A stretch of DNA of 64,000 nt from Eledone cirrhosa. Its lineage: Eukaryota. Under the pieces are notes generated by a model. The model did not search any database. It saw only the letters and a program-made list of their open reading frames with translations, and was not told the DNA's origin. The stretch covers positions 96,844,001 to 96,908,000 of the forward strand of contig OZ024743.1 in assembly GCA_964016885.1 (NCBI GenBank), written 5' to 3'. Below are positions 44,056 to 57,347 of this stretch, in pieces. Each line of letters starts with the position of its first letter. Within the stretch, counting starts at the first letter, position 1. A program made the position numbers and the translations under genes.

Positions 44056-44558
44056 TACTCTTTTACTCTTTTAACTGTATCAGCCATCCGGCTGAGGCCA
44101 TGCTGGGGCACCGCCCTTGTTGCTACACATTTTATCTCCAGCCTGTATAGGTTGGCCACTGGTGTACGAGGGAGTTTGTTGCTGCTGCCCTTAGGTTTCC
44201 CTCGTGCCTTGCTGTGGGCTCATCCAGGATCCTGGATAACAAGGTGTCGAGATGTTTCTTGAAGACGTCCACCTCCACGTCATGCAAATCTCTTAGATCC
44301 CTCGGCAGCTTGTTGAAGCATTGAGGGCCCTTGAATCCCAGGCTATTGCAATACCTGCTCCTTATTCTAGATGTGGAAGACGGGACCTTTGGCACCACAC
44401 AGTGACGTCCTCTTCGATGGTTGATCCAGCTCCCAATGCCAAAGTTTGGTGCTAGTCCCTCCAGGATTTTCCCCATGTAGATCACTGCGTATCTCTCTCG
44501 TCTTCGTTCCAAGGATTAGAGTTTCAGTTCCTTTAGCCTCTCCCAGTAGCTTGTCTCA
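44056..44558 (-). mobile_element. 3' fragment of the CR1-group family seen at 29398
   Basis: Near-identical to 29398-29900, including the TAAAAGAG tail. Confidence 0.93.
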
Positions 44559-44577
44559 GGGTATGTCATGTATCATT

Positions 44578-44634
44578 ATATTTTGTTTGATGAGGACGTA
44601 CTGTTGTACATCCGAAATATGTATAATAAGATGT
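44578..44634 (+). ncRNA. Hammerhead ribozyme family H1 (C3>U variant)
   Basis: atattttgt-TTGATGA-ggacgtac/gtacatcc-GAAA-tatgta-TA-ataagatgt. Downstream ttgagtgctt is shared with the 24.7 kb and 63.06 kb copies. Confidence 0.68.
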
Positions 44635-44803
44635 AATTGATCAAAAGAACATCTATTTTATTAATATTTATATTTTAACAATAACTCCAGAAAATAATTT
44701 TCCAGTTGAGTGCTTCAAATCTACTGTAAAACACTTTCTTTGACATAATCATTGAATATCGTGTAACACTTTAATATATATATAAATATATATATATATA
44801 TAC

Positions 44804-44834
<31 letters not shown>

Positions 44835-44886
44835 TGTATATATATATGTATATATATGTATATATATATATGTATATATATATTTA

Positions 44887-44917
<31 letters not shown>

Positions 44918-44938
44918 GTATATATATATATATGTATG

Positions 44939-44989
<51 letters not shown>

Positions 44990-44990
44990 G

Positions 44991-45024
<34 letters not shown>

Positions 45025-45329
45025 TATCCAAAATTAAGATAAATCAAAATGAATTTAATCTAAGTCAAAATTATGGGTGTCATGCCAGAAAGGCATGCAC
45101 CATATCACCTGTAAAATAAGTTATCTTATAAATTTAGTTACCTACCTAGCTATGTGTGCTTACACACTAGTAAAACTTATCCCCTGTGATTGTTTCATAT
45201 GTTTATTTATATGTTAATCAATTTCTAGTTGTTTTGTATATATATATACATATATATATATACATATATATATATACATATTTATACACATATATATACA
45301 TATATATATATGAATATATATATGTATAT

Positions 45330-45441
45330 ACAGTTCCTGTATGAGCAAGGCATGGTGAGCCGACCAGACACTGCCCACAACAGGACAACCCGTCTAACCC
45401 ATGCTAGCATGGAAGAACGGATGTAAAACGGTGATGATGAT
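45330..45441 (+). mobile_element. RTE family C terminal fragment
   Basis: Matches 50200-50312. Confidence 0.85.
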
Positions 45442-46491
<1,050 letters not shown>

Positions 46492-47074
46492 ATTAGAATT
46501 GGAGCTCTGAAATAGCAATATATATATGGATGTATATATAATGTATTTTGCAATACACTTTATGCTTAGTTAAAAGCATTTTGAAGACCGTAAGCTATTG
46601 TTTTTTAGAGTAGTGACAAATTCACTTACTTTGATCTCAGCAAACAGGGGAGATAAGCCGACAAGGCCTTGTTTCGCTTTTGTTGAAGCTTATCAAGGCT
46701 AACTACTCCCACCTGTCTACCGAGATCACTGATGTTATATTCTTATAGAATTCTAGTAAATAATCAGGAGCTGATTATGCAGAGCGGTTGTTGGTCAGGC
46801 AGAAATTAAAAATTAGAATTTTAGTTCTGAATTAGCAATATATATATGGATGTATATATAATGTATTTTGCAATACACTTTATGCTTAGTTAAAAGCATT
46901 TTGAAGACCATAAGCTATTGTTTTTTTAGAGTAGTAACAAATTCACTTACTTTGATCTCAGCAAACAGGGGAGATAAGCCGACAAGGCCTTGTTTCGCTT
47001 TTGTTGAAGCCCATCAGTGATCTCGGTAGACAGGTGGGAGTAGTTAGCCTTGATAAGCTTCAACAAAAGCGAAA
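46492..47074 (-). mobile_element. Penelope pseudo-LTR-like unit: tandem direct repeat plus short inverted copy
   Basis: 46492-46689 is repeated at 46812-47010, and 47012-47074 is the reverse complement of 46672-46734. Contains a hammerhead. Confidence 0.75.
46656..46700 (-). ncRNA. Hammerhead ribozyme family H4 with U3-A8 core
   Basis: Minus strand: agcc-TTGATAA-gctt/aagc-GAAA-caaggccttg-TC-ggct; GUC triplet; palindromic helix III. Confidence 0.75.
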
Positions 47075-50000
47075 AAAGAGACTAGATGGAGAGGAGAGTC
47101 TGCTAGAGTCCTTGTAGGAAAAAGTCGGTGCTACAAATTTTGCTGGGTGGGAAATGACCATGGGATGGGTGGTGTAGGTATACTACTATCAGACAAGTGG
47201 GTAGATAAAGTAATCTCAGTGTACAGGGTAAATGCAAGAATCATTAAACTAAGACTAGTCCTGAATAAAACAATTACCACAATAATATCAGCTTACGCAT
47301 CCCAATCGGGGCTGCCAGACGAACTTAAGGATAGGTTTTACGAGTCCCTAATGCACACTACTGCTCTAACAGACGACAATGACTTCCTAATCATCGCAGG
47401 AGATTTTAACAGTCACGTAGGTAAACACTGCGACGGCTTCAATAGAGTACATGGAGGCCATGGGGTTGGCACAAGAAATGAGGAAGGATTCAGACTTCTA
47501 AAATTCTGCGACGCCAATGACATGTCGATATGTAACACAAACTTTAAAAAACCTGACAACCACCTGATCACCTATAGATCAGGGGAGCACTCTAGTCAGA
47601 TAGATTTTATCCTCATCAGAGGACGTGACAGATGGACGGTCGTAAACACAAAAGCCTTCCCTAGTGAGGAATGTACATCCCAACATAGCTTAGTTGTCAG
47701 CGACCTCACAGTCAGAACTAGGTGAACCTGGAAACAGAGGCCAACCTGGAGAAGAAAGATCTGGAAGCTGAAAGACCCCTCAACCAGTAACAGATTTAAA
47801 GATATTTTACTCAACGCCTACGACAGTAAAGAAGAACAGATAGAGACATTTAATGTAGAAGAGAACTGGGAGTTCCTAAAAAATAACTTACTAGGGGCGA
47901 CAGATGAGATCTGTGGCTGGAGTAAGACCTCAAGCAGGAGGAGAGTGACTTGGTGGTGGAACAATAAGGTAGATGAGGCAGTTAAGGCCAAGAGACAGGC
48001 ATGGAAAGAATGGAAGAACGGGGGGAGCAAAGTACATTACATAGAGACCAAGAGGGAAGCTAGGCGACAAGTATACTCAGCTAGGAGGGAAGCAGAGGAT
48101 AGAAAATTCAAGCATGTTTTGCAACGTGAGGACCAGAAACAGGAGGTGTTCAAGATTGTGAGGCAGTGTGTCAGAGAGAATTGTGATGTCATTGGAGAGA
48201 AGTGTATCCGGAGTGATAAAGGTGAGCTTGCCCTCACAAGTGCTGAGAAGAAAGATGCATGGAAGAGTCATTATGATAGATTACTAAATGAGGAGAATGC
48301 ATGGGAAGAAGAGACCCTACCCCAAGTAGACCCTATAGAGGGGCCAGCAGTACAAGTCAGCAGCAACGTAGTAAGTAAGGCAATCAAAGATATGAAGATG
48401 GGGAAGGCAACCGGTCCATCGGGTATAGCTGCCGAGATGCTGAAGGCATCTGGGTCTGTAGGTAACACTATAACCACACGTATTGTTCACCAGGTAATAC
48501 TAGGTGTCATACCAAAAGATTGGTGCAGTAGCATCATTGTCAACTGCTACAAAGGTAAAGGAGATGCACTAGATAGAGGAAACTATAGAGGTATAAACCT
48601 GATGGACCAGGTCATGAAAGTAACAGAAAGAGTTATAGCACAGTTGATTAGGGACCGGGTGAAACTAGACGAGATGCAATTTGGGTTTGTACCAGGAAGA
48701 GGCACCACTGATGCTCTCTTCCTTATCAGGCAGTTACAGGAAAAGTACCTAGCTAAAAGTAAGCCACTCTACCTGGCATTTGTCGACATTGAGAAAGCCC
48801 TTGACACAGTGCCACGTGCTGTAATCTGGTGGGCTCTTAGAAAACTAGGAGTAGATGAATGGCTTGTGAAAGCTGTACAAGCCATGTATAGGGGAGCAGT
48901 CAGCAAAGTTAGGATTAGCAATGAGTATAGCGAGGAATTTAGTCTACAGGTTGGGGTCCACCAGGGCTCTGTTCATAGCCCCCTCCTGTTCATCATAGTC
49001 CTGCAGGCAATAACGGAGGAGTTTAAGACTGGATGCCCATGGGAAATCCTGTATGCTGATGACCTCGCACTTATAGCTGAATCTATGGTAGAACTAGAGA
49101 AGAAATTCCAAACTTGGAAGCAGGGACTAGAAAGAAAGGGTCTCAAAGTCAACATGACAAAGACTAAGGTCCTTGTAAGTAGACGAGAAAATAGAACCCA
49201 GATCCCCTCAGGGAAATGGCCTTGCTCAGTATGTAGGAAAGGTGTAGGTAGGAACTCCATTCTCTGCCCCAAATGCAAACAATGGGTACACAAGAGATGT
49301 AGCGGGATCTCAGGAATCTTAATTAAGAATGTAGGCTTCACATGCAGCAGCTGTGCTGGGACAGCAAGCAGCAAACAGCCACAGGAAACAAGTACCACCA
49401 ATCTCTGGGAGGGCTCTGTAGAAACAGTAGACAGCTTCTGCTACCTAGGTGACTGAATTAGCAGCAGAGGTGGGTGTTCAGAAAGTACAATAACTAGGGT
49501 AAGAACGGGATGGAAGAAGTTTAGGGAACTACTACCACTGCTAGCTGCAAAAGGCTTCTCCCTCAAGATGAAAGGCAGACTGTATGATGCATGTATCCGA
49601 ACAGCGATGCTACATGGTAGTGAGACCTGGGCGCAGAAGGTGGAAGACTTACGTAGATTAGAGAGAAACAAAGCCTGCATGCTCCGATGGATGTGTAACA
49701 GTAAAATACGCAAACGACAAAGCATAAATGAATTGAGAAAGAGACTGAGCATAAGAGGAATCAAATGCTGTGTGCAGGAGAGGCGGTTGCGCTGGTATGG
49801 ACATGTGATGCGTATGAAGGATGACAGCTGCATAAAAAGGTGCAGAGCACTAGAAGTCGATGGAAACCGCGGATTGGGGAGACCCAAGATGACCTGGGAT
49901 GAGGTGATAAAAGCCGACCTTATCCAATTACACCTCTCAAAGGTGATGACACACGACCGTGACCTCTGGCGTCATGCAGTAATACAGAGTACCCGACCTC

Positions 50001-50312
50001 CCATGGGTACAAGCTGAAGCATATAGACAATATGCCCCCACACCCCCCACTGCAAGGTGGTCGTGGAGGTGCCACGGCAAAAAAGCACCCAGTCCACACT
50101 GTAAAGTGGACGTGTAGGCGCCACGAAAAAGCACCCAGCACTCACTGTAAATGAGGTTGGTGTTAGGAAGAGTATCCAGCTGTAGAAATCAAGCCAAATC
50201 AGTTCCTGTATGAGCAAGGCATGGGCAGCTGACCAGACACTGCCCACAACAGGACAACCCGTCTAACCCATGCTAGCGTGGAAGAACGGACGTAAACCGG
50301 TGATGATGATGA
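47075..50312 (+). mobile_element. RTE LINE family C, near full-length (starts inside APE), a few stops
   Basis: [55 protein letters not shown]; 3' UTR and (GAT)n tail. In-frame stops at ~47723 and ~49454. Confidence 0.95.
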
Positions 50313-50322
50313 TATATACATG

Positions 50323-50371
<49 letters not shown>

Positions 50372-50534
50372 GTATATATACACATGTATAGATATATATA
50401 CATATATATATATATACATGTATATATATATATATGTTTATATATATATACACATGTATATATATATATATTTATATATATATATATATATACACGTATA
50501 TATATATATATATTTATATACACATGTATATATG

Positions 50535-50573
<39 letters not shown>

Positions 50574-50628
50574 TCATCATCATCATCATCATCAGGTTTA
50601 GCGTCCGTGATGATGATGATGATGATGA

Positions 50629-50673
<45 letters not shown>

Positions 50674-50716
50674 CATATATACATGTGTATATAAATATAT
50701 ATATATATATATATAC

Positions 50717-50756
<40 letters not shown>

Positions 50757-50791
50757 GTATATATGTATATATATATACACATGTATATATG

Positions 50792-50827
<36 letters not shown>

Positions 50828-50839
50828 TGTATATATGTA

Positions 50840-51710
50840 TCATCATCATCATCATCATCATCATCGTTTAACGTCCGTGTTCCACGCTTGCATGGGTTTG
50901 GACGGGGGTTTTCCCACTTGAGGCAAGAGTGATTGTCTTGCTCGCATAGGACTGTCTGGCAGGTTTTCTACAGTTGGATGCCCTTCCTAACACCAACCAC
51001 ATTTACAGTGTGGGTCTGGGAGGTTTTTACCGTGTTGCCTACACGGCCACATTACAGCGTGGACTGTGTGTTTTTTTGTCGTGACACCTACACTATCTCA
51101 TTTGTTTCGGCCTGGATGGTGTGGCACCAACATAACTTTACATAGAAGTAGGGCGGTGTGGATGGGGTGGGGGTGGTGGGACGGGGGTGTATTTTGTTAG
51201 AGATGCCTACTGACTGTAGTAGGTTTTACTTTGTATTTAGGTAAGGCGGGTCTTCTCTATTACTGAGTACCGCCAAAGGTCTCGGTCCAGTGACATTGTC
51301 TTGGTGAGGTGTAAGTGTGTGAGGTCGGAGTTTATCAGCTCGTCCCAGGTTTTTCTGGGTCTGCCTATTCCGTGGCTACCGTCTATCTTTATTACCCTGC
51401 ACTTTGTTATACAGCTATCGTCCTTCATGCGCATCACGTGACCATACCAACGTAGCCTTCTCTCGAGTAAACAACATCTGATCCCTCTTATTTCTAATTT
51501 TTTCCTTAGTTCGTTTATGCTTTGTCGTTCACGTATATCACTATTACACATCCAGCGGAGCATGCAGGCTTCGTTTCTCTCTAGTCTGCATATATCCTCT
51601 GCACACAATGCCCAGGTCTCACTGCCATGCAACATTGCTGTTCGTATGCAGGCATCGTACAACCTGCCTTTCATTTTTAGGGAGAACCCTTTAGCGGCTA
51701 ATAGTGGTAT
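50840..51710 (-). mobile_element. RTE family B, 5'-truncated
   Basis: ORF 51237-51674; B-type UTR; tail-to-tail with the RTE-C copy. Confidence 0.92.
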
Positions 51711-51711
51711 A

Positions 51712-51915
51712 TGTGTAAAGAATTATTACAAGTGAGTTTTACCGTTACTGTATACAGAACAATATCTACAGGTTTAGCAATTAAATAGAAAAAAACTAAG
51801 TCAGAATCAAATCTCTTTGATTCTGACTTAGTTTTTTTCTATTTAATTGCTAAACCTGTAGATATTGTTCTGTATACAGTAACGGTAAAACTCACTTGTA
51901 ATAATTCTTTACACA
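51712..51915. repeat. Apparently perfect palindrome, 100-bp arms, 4-nt loop
   Basis: 51712-51811 is the reverse complement of 51816-51915. Confidence 0.93.
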
Positions 51916-52319
51916 CATCTCACTGTGTAACACACTTCTCTTTGTGTAATATATTTGCATTTGAGCTCAGAAGAAAATTCTCTATTCTTCTTTGAGCTAA
52001 TATTATTATTATTATTACTGTGAACTGCGGAATACTCTTAATTCCGATCTTTGTATGTATATATATATATATACACACACATATATATATATATATGTGT
52101 GTGTGTGTGTTTTGTATGTATGTGTGTTTTGTGTATATATATGTGTGTGTATGTGAGATACCCCCCCCCTCATTCGATTATAAATCTCTCTATGTCCCCT
52201 CCCTCCACTCTCTCTTTGTGTATATATATATATGTATATATAAGGTGTAAGGAGTATTCAAGAATGATATATTTGTTAATTTAATAAAACAAATCTAATC
52301 TATCAAAGACCAGGTGCAT

Positions 52320-53360
52320 CTTAATAAGAATTCCTGCACCTGTTCTCCACAAGCTTTTGTATGAGATTGTTCTATGAATCCACCTTCAGCTTCACTGATT
52401 ACTTCAATATGGAACTGGAATCTTTGACCTGTCTGCACTAAATAGCCTGTATTCAATTCAGACATCATTTGAACAATGGCAGCATTGAGTAAAGCTTTGA
52501 TATTGTTAGGATGTCAACTAGTCTCTCTTCCAACAATACACCAAATGTAGCAGTCCATGTAATATAAATTTGGTTAGCAAGAGGCCATAAGTTTGGTGTT
52601 ACAAAGATTGTCTGACATTCATTCTTTTGTTGTGTGGCCTTTGTGAGATGGTGTTGAATCGAGTTGAAACACATATGGCCTTCCACAGCATACTACCAGC
52701 ACCCAGAGCTTAAAAAGTCTGTGTCCAGGACCTCAACATGTCCAGCAGCATTAATTCTAAGACCATATTGAAGGATGTGGTGTGGCATGACATGGCCTTT
52801 ATGATATACTATTCCTAAAACCATCACAGTTGCTAAGGACATCAGATTGGTCTGCACATATCCATCTGTAGTTTTCCCTGTTAGTCTTTGGGTCTTGGTC
52901 AAAATCATTTTCATTGGAGAAGTTTTTCTGTGTCTTTGCAGATATGAATTGACCTCTCTTTAGTTCATATGACATGTATTCAATTTACTTGTGTACCATA
53001 GTTCTGATAGTCCACCCAGTCACCTGAACGTTTTTGGCAATGGACAGCATCAACTTTGGAGGATCATCATTGATAATATTTTGAACTTGTTGGATGAACT
53101 GCTTTGTCCTTATACTGTCCAATCCTATGGAATGTTTTTTCTTTGATAGAGTTGAAACATTTCTGCCAGAGATCTTGCAATATTTAGAAACATCTAAACT
53201 ACTGTGTTTTGTATATATTGCATCAATGACTACATATCTTTCATTTCTCGTGTTAGCATTTTATTTACGGTGAAGCATCTGAAAGAAATAAAATACTTTT
53301 AATTATTTTGAAGAGATTAATATATTGATAATTAAGTGTCCTCAAATACTCCTCATACAC
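52320..53360 (-). pseudogene. Decayed Tc1/mariner-superfamily transposase (DD37D/maT-like)
   Basis: Contains FSNENDFDQD..NRENYRWIC (cf. FSDEKxF), VMVLGIV..GHVMPHH, GLRINA and PNLWP. Confidence 0.7.
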
Positions 53361-53836
53361 ACGCATTGAAAAGTTAGTGCCCATCAACTGAGTTCATGTC
53401 CTTTCAATGGCAAGTGGATAACAGTGTGAGCTCAGGCATCGGACTCTACCTTTTCACTATACATACACTCTACTCAAGTATCAAGTACTAGCTGAACATG
53501 GTCTTACTTGTCTCAACAGGTAATTCCCTTCAGTTGTATGAAGGAGATGGCAATACCCTAGTGTTGGTGAGTTACATGATAAAAGCACCCAGTACAAGCT
53601 GTAAAATGGTTGGTGTTAGGAAGTGCATCTAGCTATAGAAAGTTTGCCAAACAAGGGGTTGGGTGGACCCTTCAGTTTGTGTCCAAACATACGACATCTC
53701 CTCTACACTCGATAGAGGTCACTAGCTCCACTTCGGTACTGATTTGGTCTATATAAAACCATCCAACCATCTTCTTAGCAGGAGAGCGAACATCAATTAA
53801 TGATGATATATATATATATGTGTGTATGTGTGTATA

Positions 53837-53878
<42 letters not shown>

Positions 53879-53950
53879 CACACATATACATACATATACA
53901 CATACATACACACACATACATGTTTATATATATATATATATATACACATA

Positions 53951-54300
53951 TGGAGGCACATGGCTTAGTGGTTAGAGCATTGGCCTTGCAATCGAAAGGT
54001 TGTGAGTTCAATTCTCAGATCGGGTGATGTGTTGTTTCTTTGAGCAAGACACTTTATTTCACATTGCTCCAGTTTACTCAGCTGTAGAAATGAGATGCTA
54101 GGGACTGAGGTCCCTATCATTCCACTGCAAAGTGGTCGTGGAGGTGCCACGGCAAAAAAGCACCCAGTACTCACTGTAAATGAGGTTGGTGTTAGGAAGG
54201 GCATCCAGCTGTAGAAATCAAGCCAGAATCATTTCCCGTCCCACCCTTGCAAGCAGGGAAAAAGCGGACGTAAAATGAAATGAAATGATGATGATGATGA
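53951..54300 (+). mobile_element. SINE family S1, complete copy
   Basis: tRNA head with A and B boxes, CCTTGAGCAAGACAC-type centre, RTE-UTR body, RTE-A tail and (GAT)n. Confidence 0.93.
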
Positions 54301-54395
54301 TATATATATACATACATGTGTATATATATATACATATATATATATAAATAAATATACACGGATGTGTATGATTGTGTATAGAAGATTATATTAAT

Positions 54396-54721
54396 AAAAG
54401 GAATTCCAACTTTGTCTGATTTACTCGTTTTATTTACAATACTTTAAAATTATAATGAAATTATAATGAAATAGTATGGTAGAATGTTAAGTGTTAATTG
54501 AACAAGTACTTTCATGTTTTTGCAAGCTTCAGGTTCATATTCAGTGGTGACAGTCAAGTTTGCAAAATTGCAAACTTGACTGTCACCACTGAAGATTGCG
54601 AAAGCATGAAAGTACTTGTTCAATTAACACTTAACATTTAATATTCTACCATACTATTTCATTATAATTTTAAAGGATTGTAAATAAAATGAGTAAATCA
54701 GACAAAGTTGGAATTCCTTTT
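54396..54721. repeat. Fold-back palindrome with hammerhead family H5 in the arms
   Basis: Arms centred at ~54566. Plus strand has CTGAAGA-t-tgc gaaa gca-t-GAAA-gtac-TT-gttca (54589-54622). The minus copy keeps stem I tgaac/gttca. Confidence 0.85.
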
Positions 54722-55475
54722 CATCATCATCATCATTTTACGTCCGCTTTTCCCTGCTTGCAAGGGTGGGACGGGTCTTATTCAGCATCTCCACCGTGAG
54801 CTTCAATGATCTGAGGTCTGTTCTCACCACCTCCGCCCATGTTTTTCGTGGTCTACCTCTACCACGTCTTCCTTCAACTGACAATTCCTGGCACTTCTTC
54901 ACCCATCGGTCATCCTCCATGCGCATCACATGTCCATACCACCTCAGTCTCCTCTCCCGTACACTACATTCTATCCCTCTCAGACACAGTCTCTCTCCCA
55001 ACACATTTATGCTGGGTCGGTCACGCACATTTACACTGCACATCCAACGGAGCATGCTTGCCTCATTTCTCTCCAGCCGTCGCATATCCTCTGCAGTTGC
55101 TGCCCATGTCTCAGTACCATGCAGCATCGCGCTCCTCACACAGGCATCAGACAACCGGCCTTTTGTACGCAGAGAGAAACCCTTCTTCGTCAACAGAGGA
55201 AGCAGCTCCCTAAACTTCTTCCAACCCGTCCTTCTTCTAGATACTATGGTCTCGGAACACTCTCCTCCCATGCTAATCTGATCTCCTAGGTACCGGAAGC
55301 TATCCACCAGTTCTATAGCGCCCTCCTGCATTTGAAAAATGTGTCTATCAATGTGACTTCTACTGTCTAATTTCCCTGTACATCTACTGCATACATATTT
55401 CTCCCTACCTGTTAGTTTGCCTGCTATCCCGCTACATCTCTTGTGTACCCAGGATCTGCATTGTGTGCATTTTAT
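54722..55475 (-). mobile_element. RTE family A, 5'-truncated within the PHD finger
   Basis: Near-identical to 1505-2295; ORF ends [13 protein letters not shown]. Confidence 0.93.
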
Positions 55476-55948
55476 TAATATTTATTAATATATATACATA
55501 CATACTGTGTCTTAAAGAAGCTATTTCTATATTAAACTTGATGTTTACACTCTACTAATGTATGGGTACATTACTTACTGTGGTTACCCCCGATTGAACC
55601 TGGGACTCATATATATATATATATATATATATATGTATTTATATCATCATCATCATTTAATATGGTTTCCCTGCTAGCAAAGGTTAGGTGGATCTTCATA
55701 GACCAAGTCAGTAGTGAAGCAGGGTTACTCATTTCCCCAATAGGCCAAGGATATGCATATTGCTTATGTATGGTCTCAAGTTCTACTGAGTGCACCAGCA
55801 ACTGATGGGTGCTCCCGACACTTTTTTCGCAAACTTTCTGCAGCTGGATGCCCTTCCAGTCATTTTAAAATGTGTACTTGGTGTATTTATCATGTAGATC
55901 CCCAACACTAAGTAGGCAACTGAAGGGCAAGCTTTCTCTGATATATAT

Positions 55949-56154
55949 ATTAAAATAACAGATTAAAGTTTAAGCAAGGAATTGGTGCTTTCACCCTTAA
56001 CAGGATCTTCCGGTTAAGAGTGAAAGCAGCGATTCTTTGCTTAAACTTTAACCTGTTATTTTAATAAATATTTGCTCTAGGGTTCTTATATATTTGATAT
56101 ATATTTATCCTTATCGAGCCCCCTTTGGATTTTAGTCTTCACATTTATTATTAT

Positions 56155-56160
<6 letters not shown>
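55949..56160. repeat. Short fold-back element (arms 55949-56065) with degenerate hammerhead-like core; relatives at 57355-57515 and 57690-57740
   Basis: Arms taaaataacagattaaagtttaagcaa / ttgcttaaactttaacctgttatttta. Minus strand reads CGGAAGA-tcc..gggt-GAAA. Confidence 0.65.
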
Positions 56161-56196
<36 letters not shown>

Positions 56197-56199
<3 letters not shown>

Positions 56200-57347
56200 C
56201 CCAATGCAAACTGTGGGTACATAAAAGATGTAGTGGGATCACAGGTAAACTATCTAAGAACGTAGACTTTATATGTGACCGATGCTCAGGTGTAATAAGT
56301 AGCAAGTGTCCACAGGATACTAGCTCCTTCTATTGCACAGATGGTTCTATAATAGTGGACACTTTCCGTTACCTGGGTTATGAAATCAGCAATGGTGGAG
56401 GGTGTTCTGAAAGTACAGTAGCCAGAGTCAGAACGGGATGGAAAAAGTTCAAGAGCTTATACCGCTGTTGGCCACAAAAGGTTTCTCTCTAAAAATGAAA
56501 GGCAGATTCTATGATGCCTGTATACGGACAGCAATGCTACATGGCAGTGAGACATGGGCATTACGTGCAGAGGACCTGCGCAGACTGGAAAGGAACAAAG
56601 CATGCATGCTCCATTGGATGTGTAATAGTAATATACGTGAGCGGCAAAGCATAAATGACCTAAGTGAGAAATTAGGAATAAGAGGGATCAGATGCTGTTT
56701 ACTCGAGAGAAGATTACGTTGGTATGGTCATGGGATGTGCATGAAAGACGGCAGCTGTATAAAAATGTGCAGGGCAATCAAAATTGATGGTAGTTACAGA
56801 GTAGGTAGACCCAGAAAAACCTGGGACGATCTGATAAATTCCAACCTTACACACTTGCACCTCTCTAAGACAATGTCACTGGACCGAGATCTTTGGCGCT
56901 ACATAGTAATACAGAAGACCCGCCTTGCCTATGTACAAAACGAAACCTACAGTCAGTAGGCACCTCTTAACCAAATTTACACTCCAATCCACTACCCTTA
57001 CCCTATCCCCCACTCCCACCAACACCACCCTCTCTCTGTAAAGTTGGTACGACCACATCCAGTCCAAATAAATGAGATAATGAGATCGAGATCGTGTAGG
57101 TGTCACGACAAAAAGACACACAGTCCACATTGTAATGTGTCCGTGTAGGTAACATGGTAAAAAGTTCCCAGTTGCACACTGTAAATGTGGTTGGTGTTAG
57201 GAAGGGCACCCAGCCATAGAAAACCTGCCAGATAGTCCTATATGAGCAAGATGCGGTCACCCAACCAACCTTGCCTCAAGTGGGACAACTCCCGTCTAAC
57301 CCATGCTAGTGTGGAAAATGGAAGTTAAACGAAGATGATGATGATGA
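56197..57347 (+). mobile_element. RTE family B, 5'-truncated within the PHD finger
   Basis: CSQCKLWVHKRC, FRYLG, MLHGSETW, B-type UTR and (GAT)n. Confidence 0.92.

Noticed and set aside
46492-47010. CRISPR-like or true LTR structure
   Set aside because: Eukaryotic context, only two long repeats, and no TG..CA ends, PBS or spacers.
53951-54025. tRNA gene (TTGCAAT loop, Cys-like)
   Set aside because: The acceptor and anticodon stems do not pair properly, and the sequence continues into a multi-copy SINE body.
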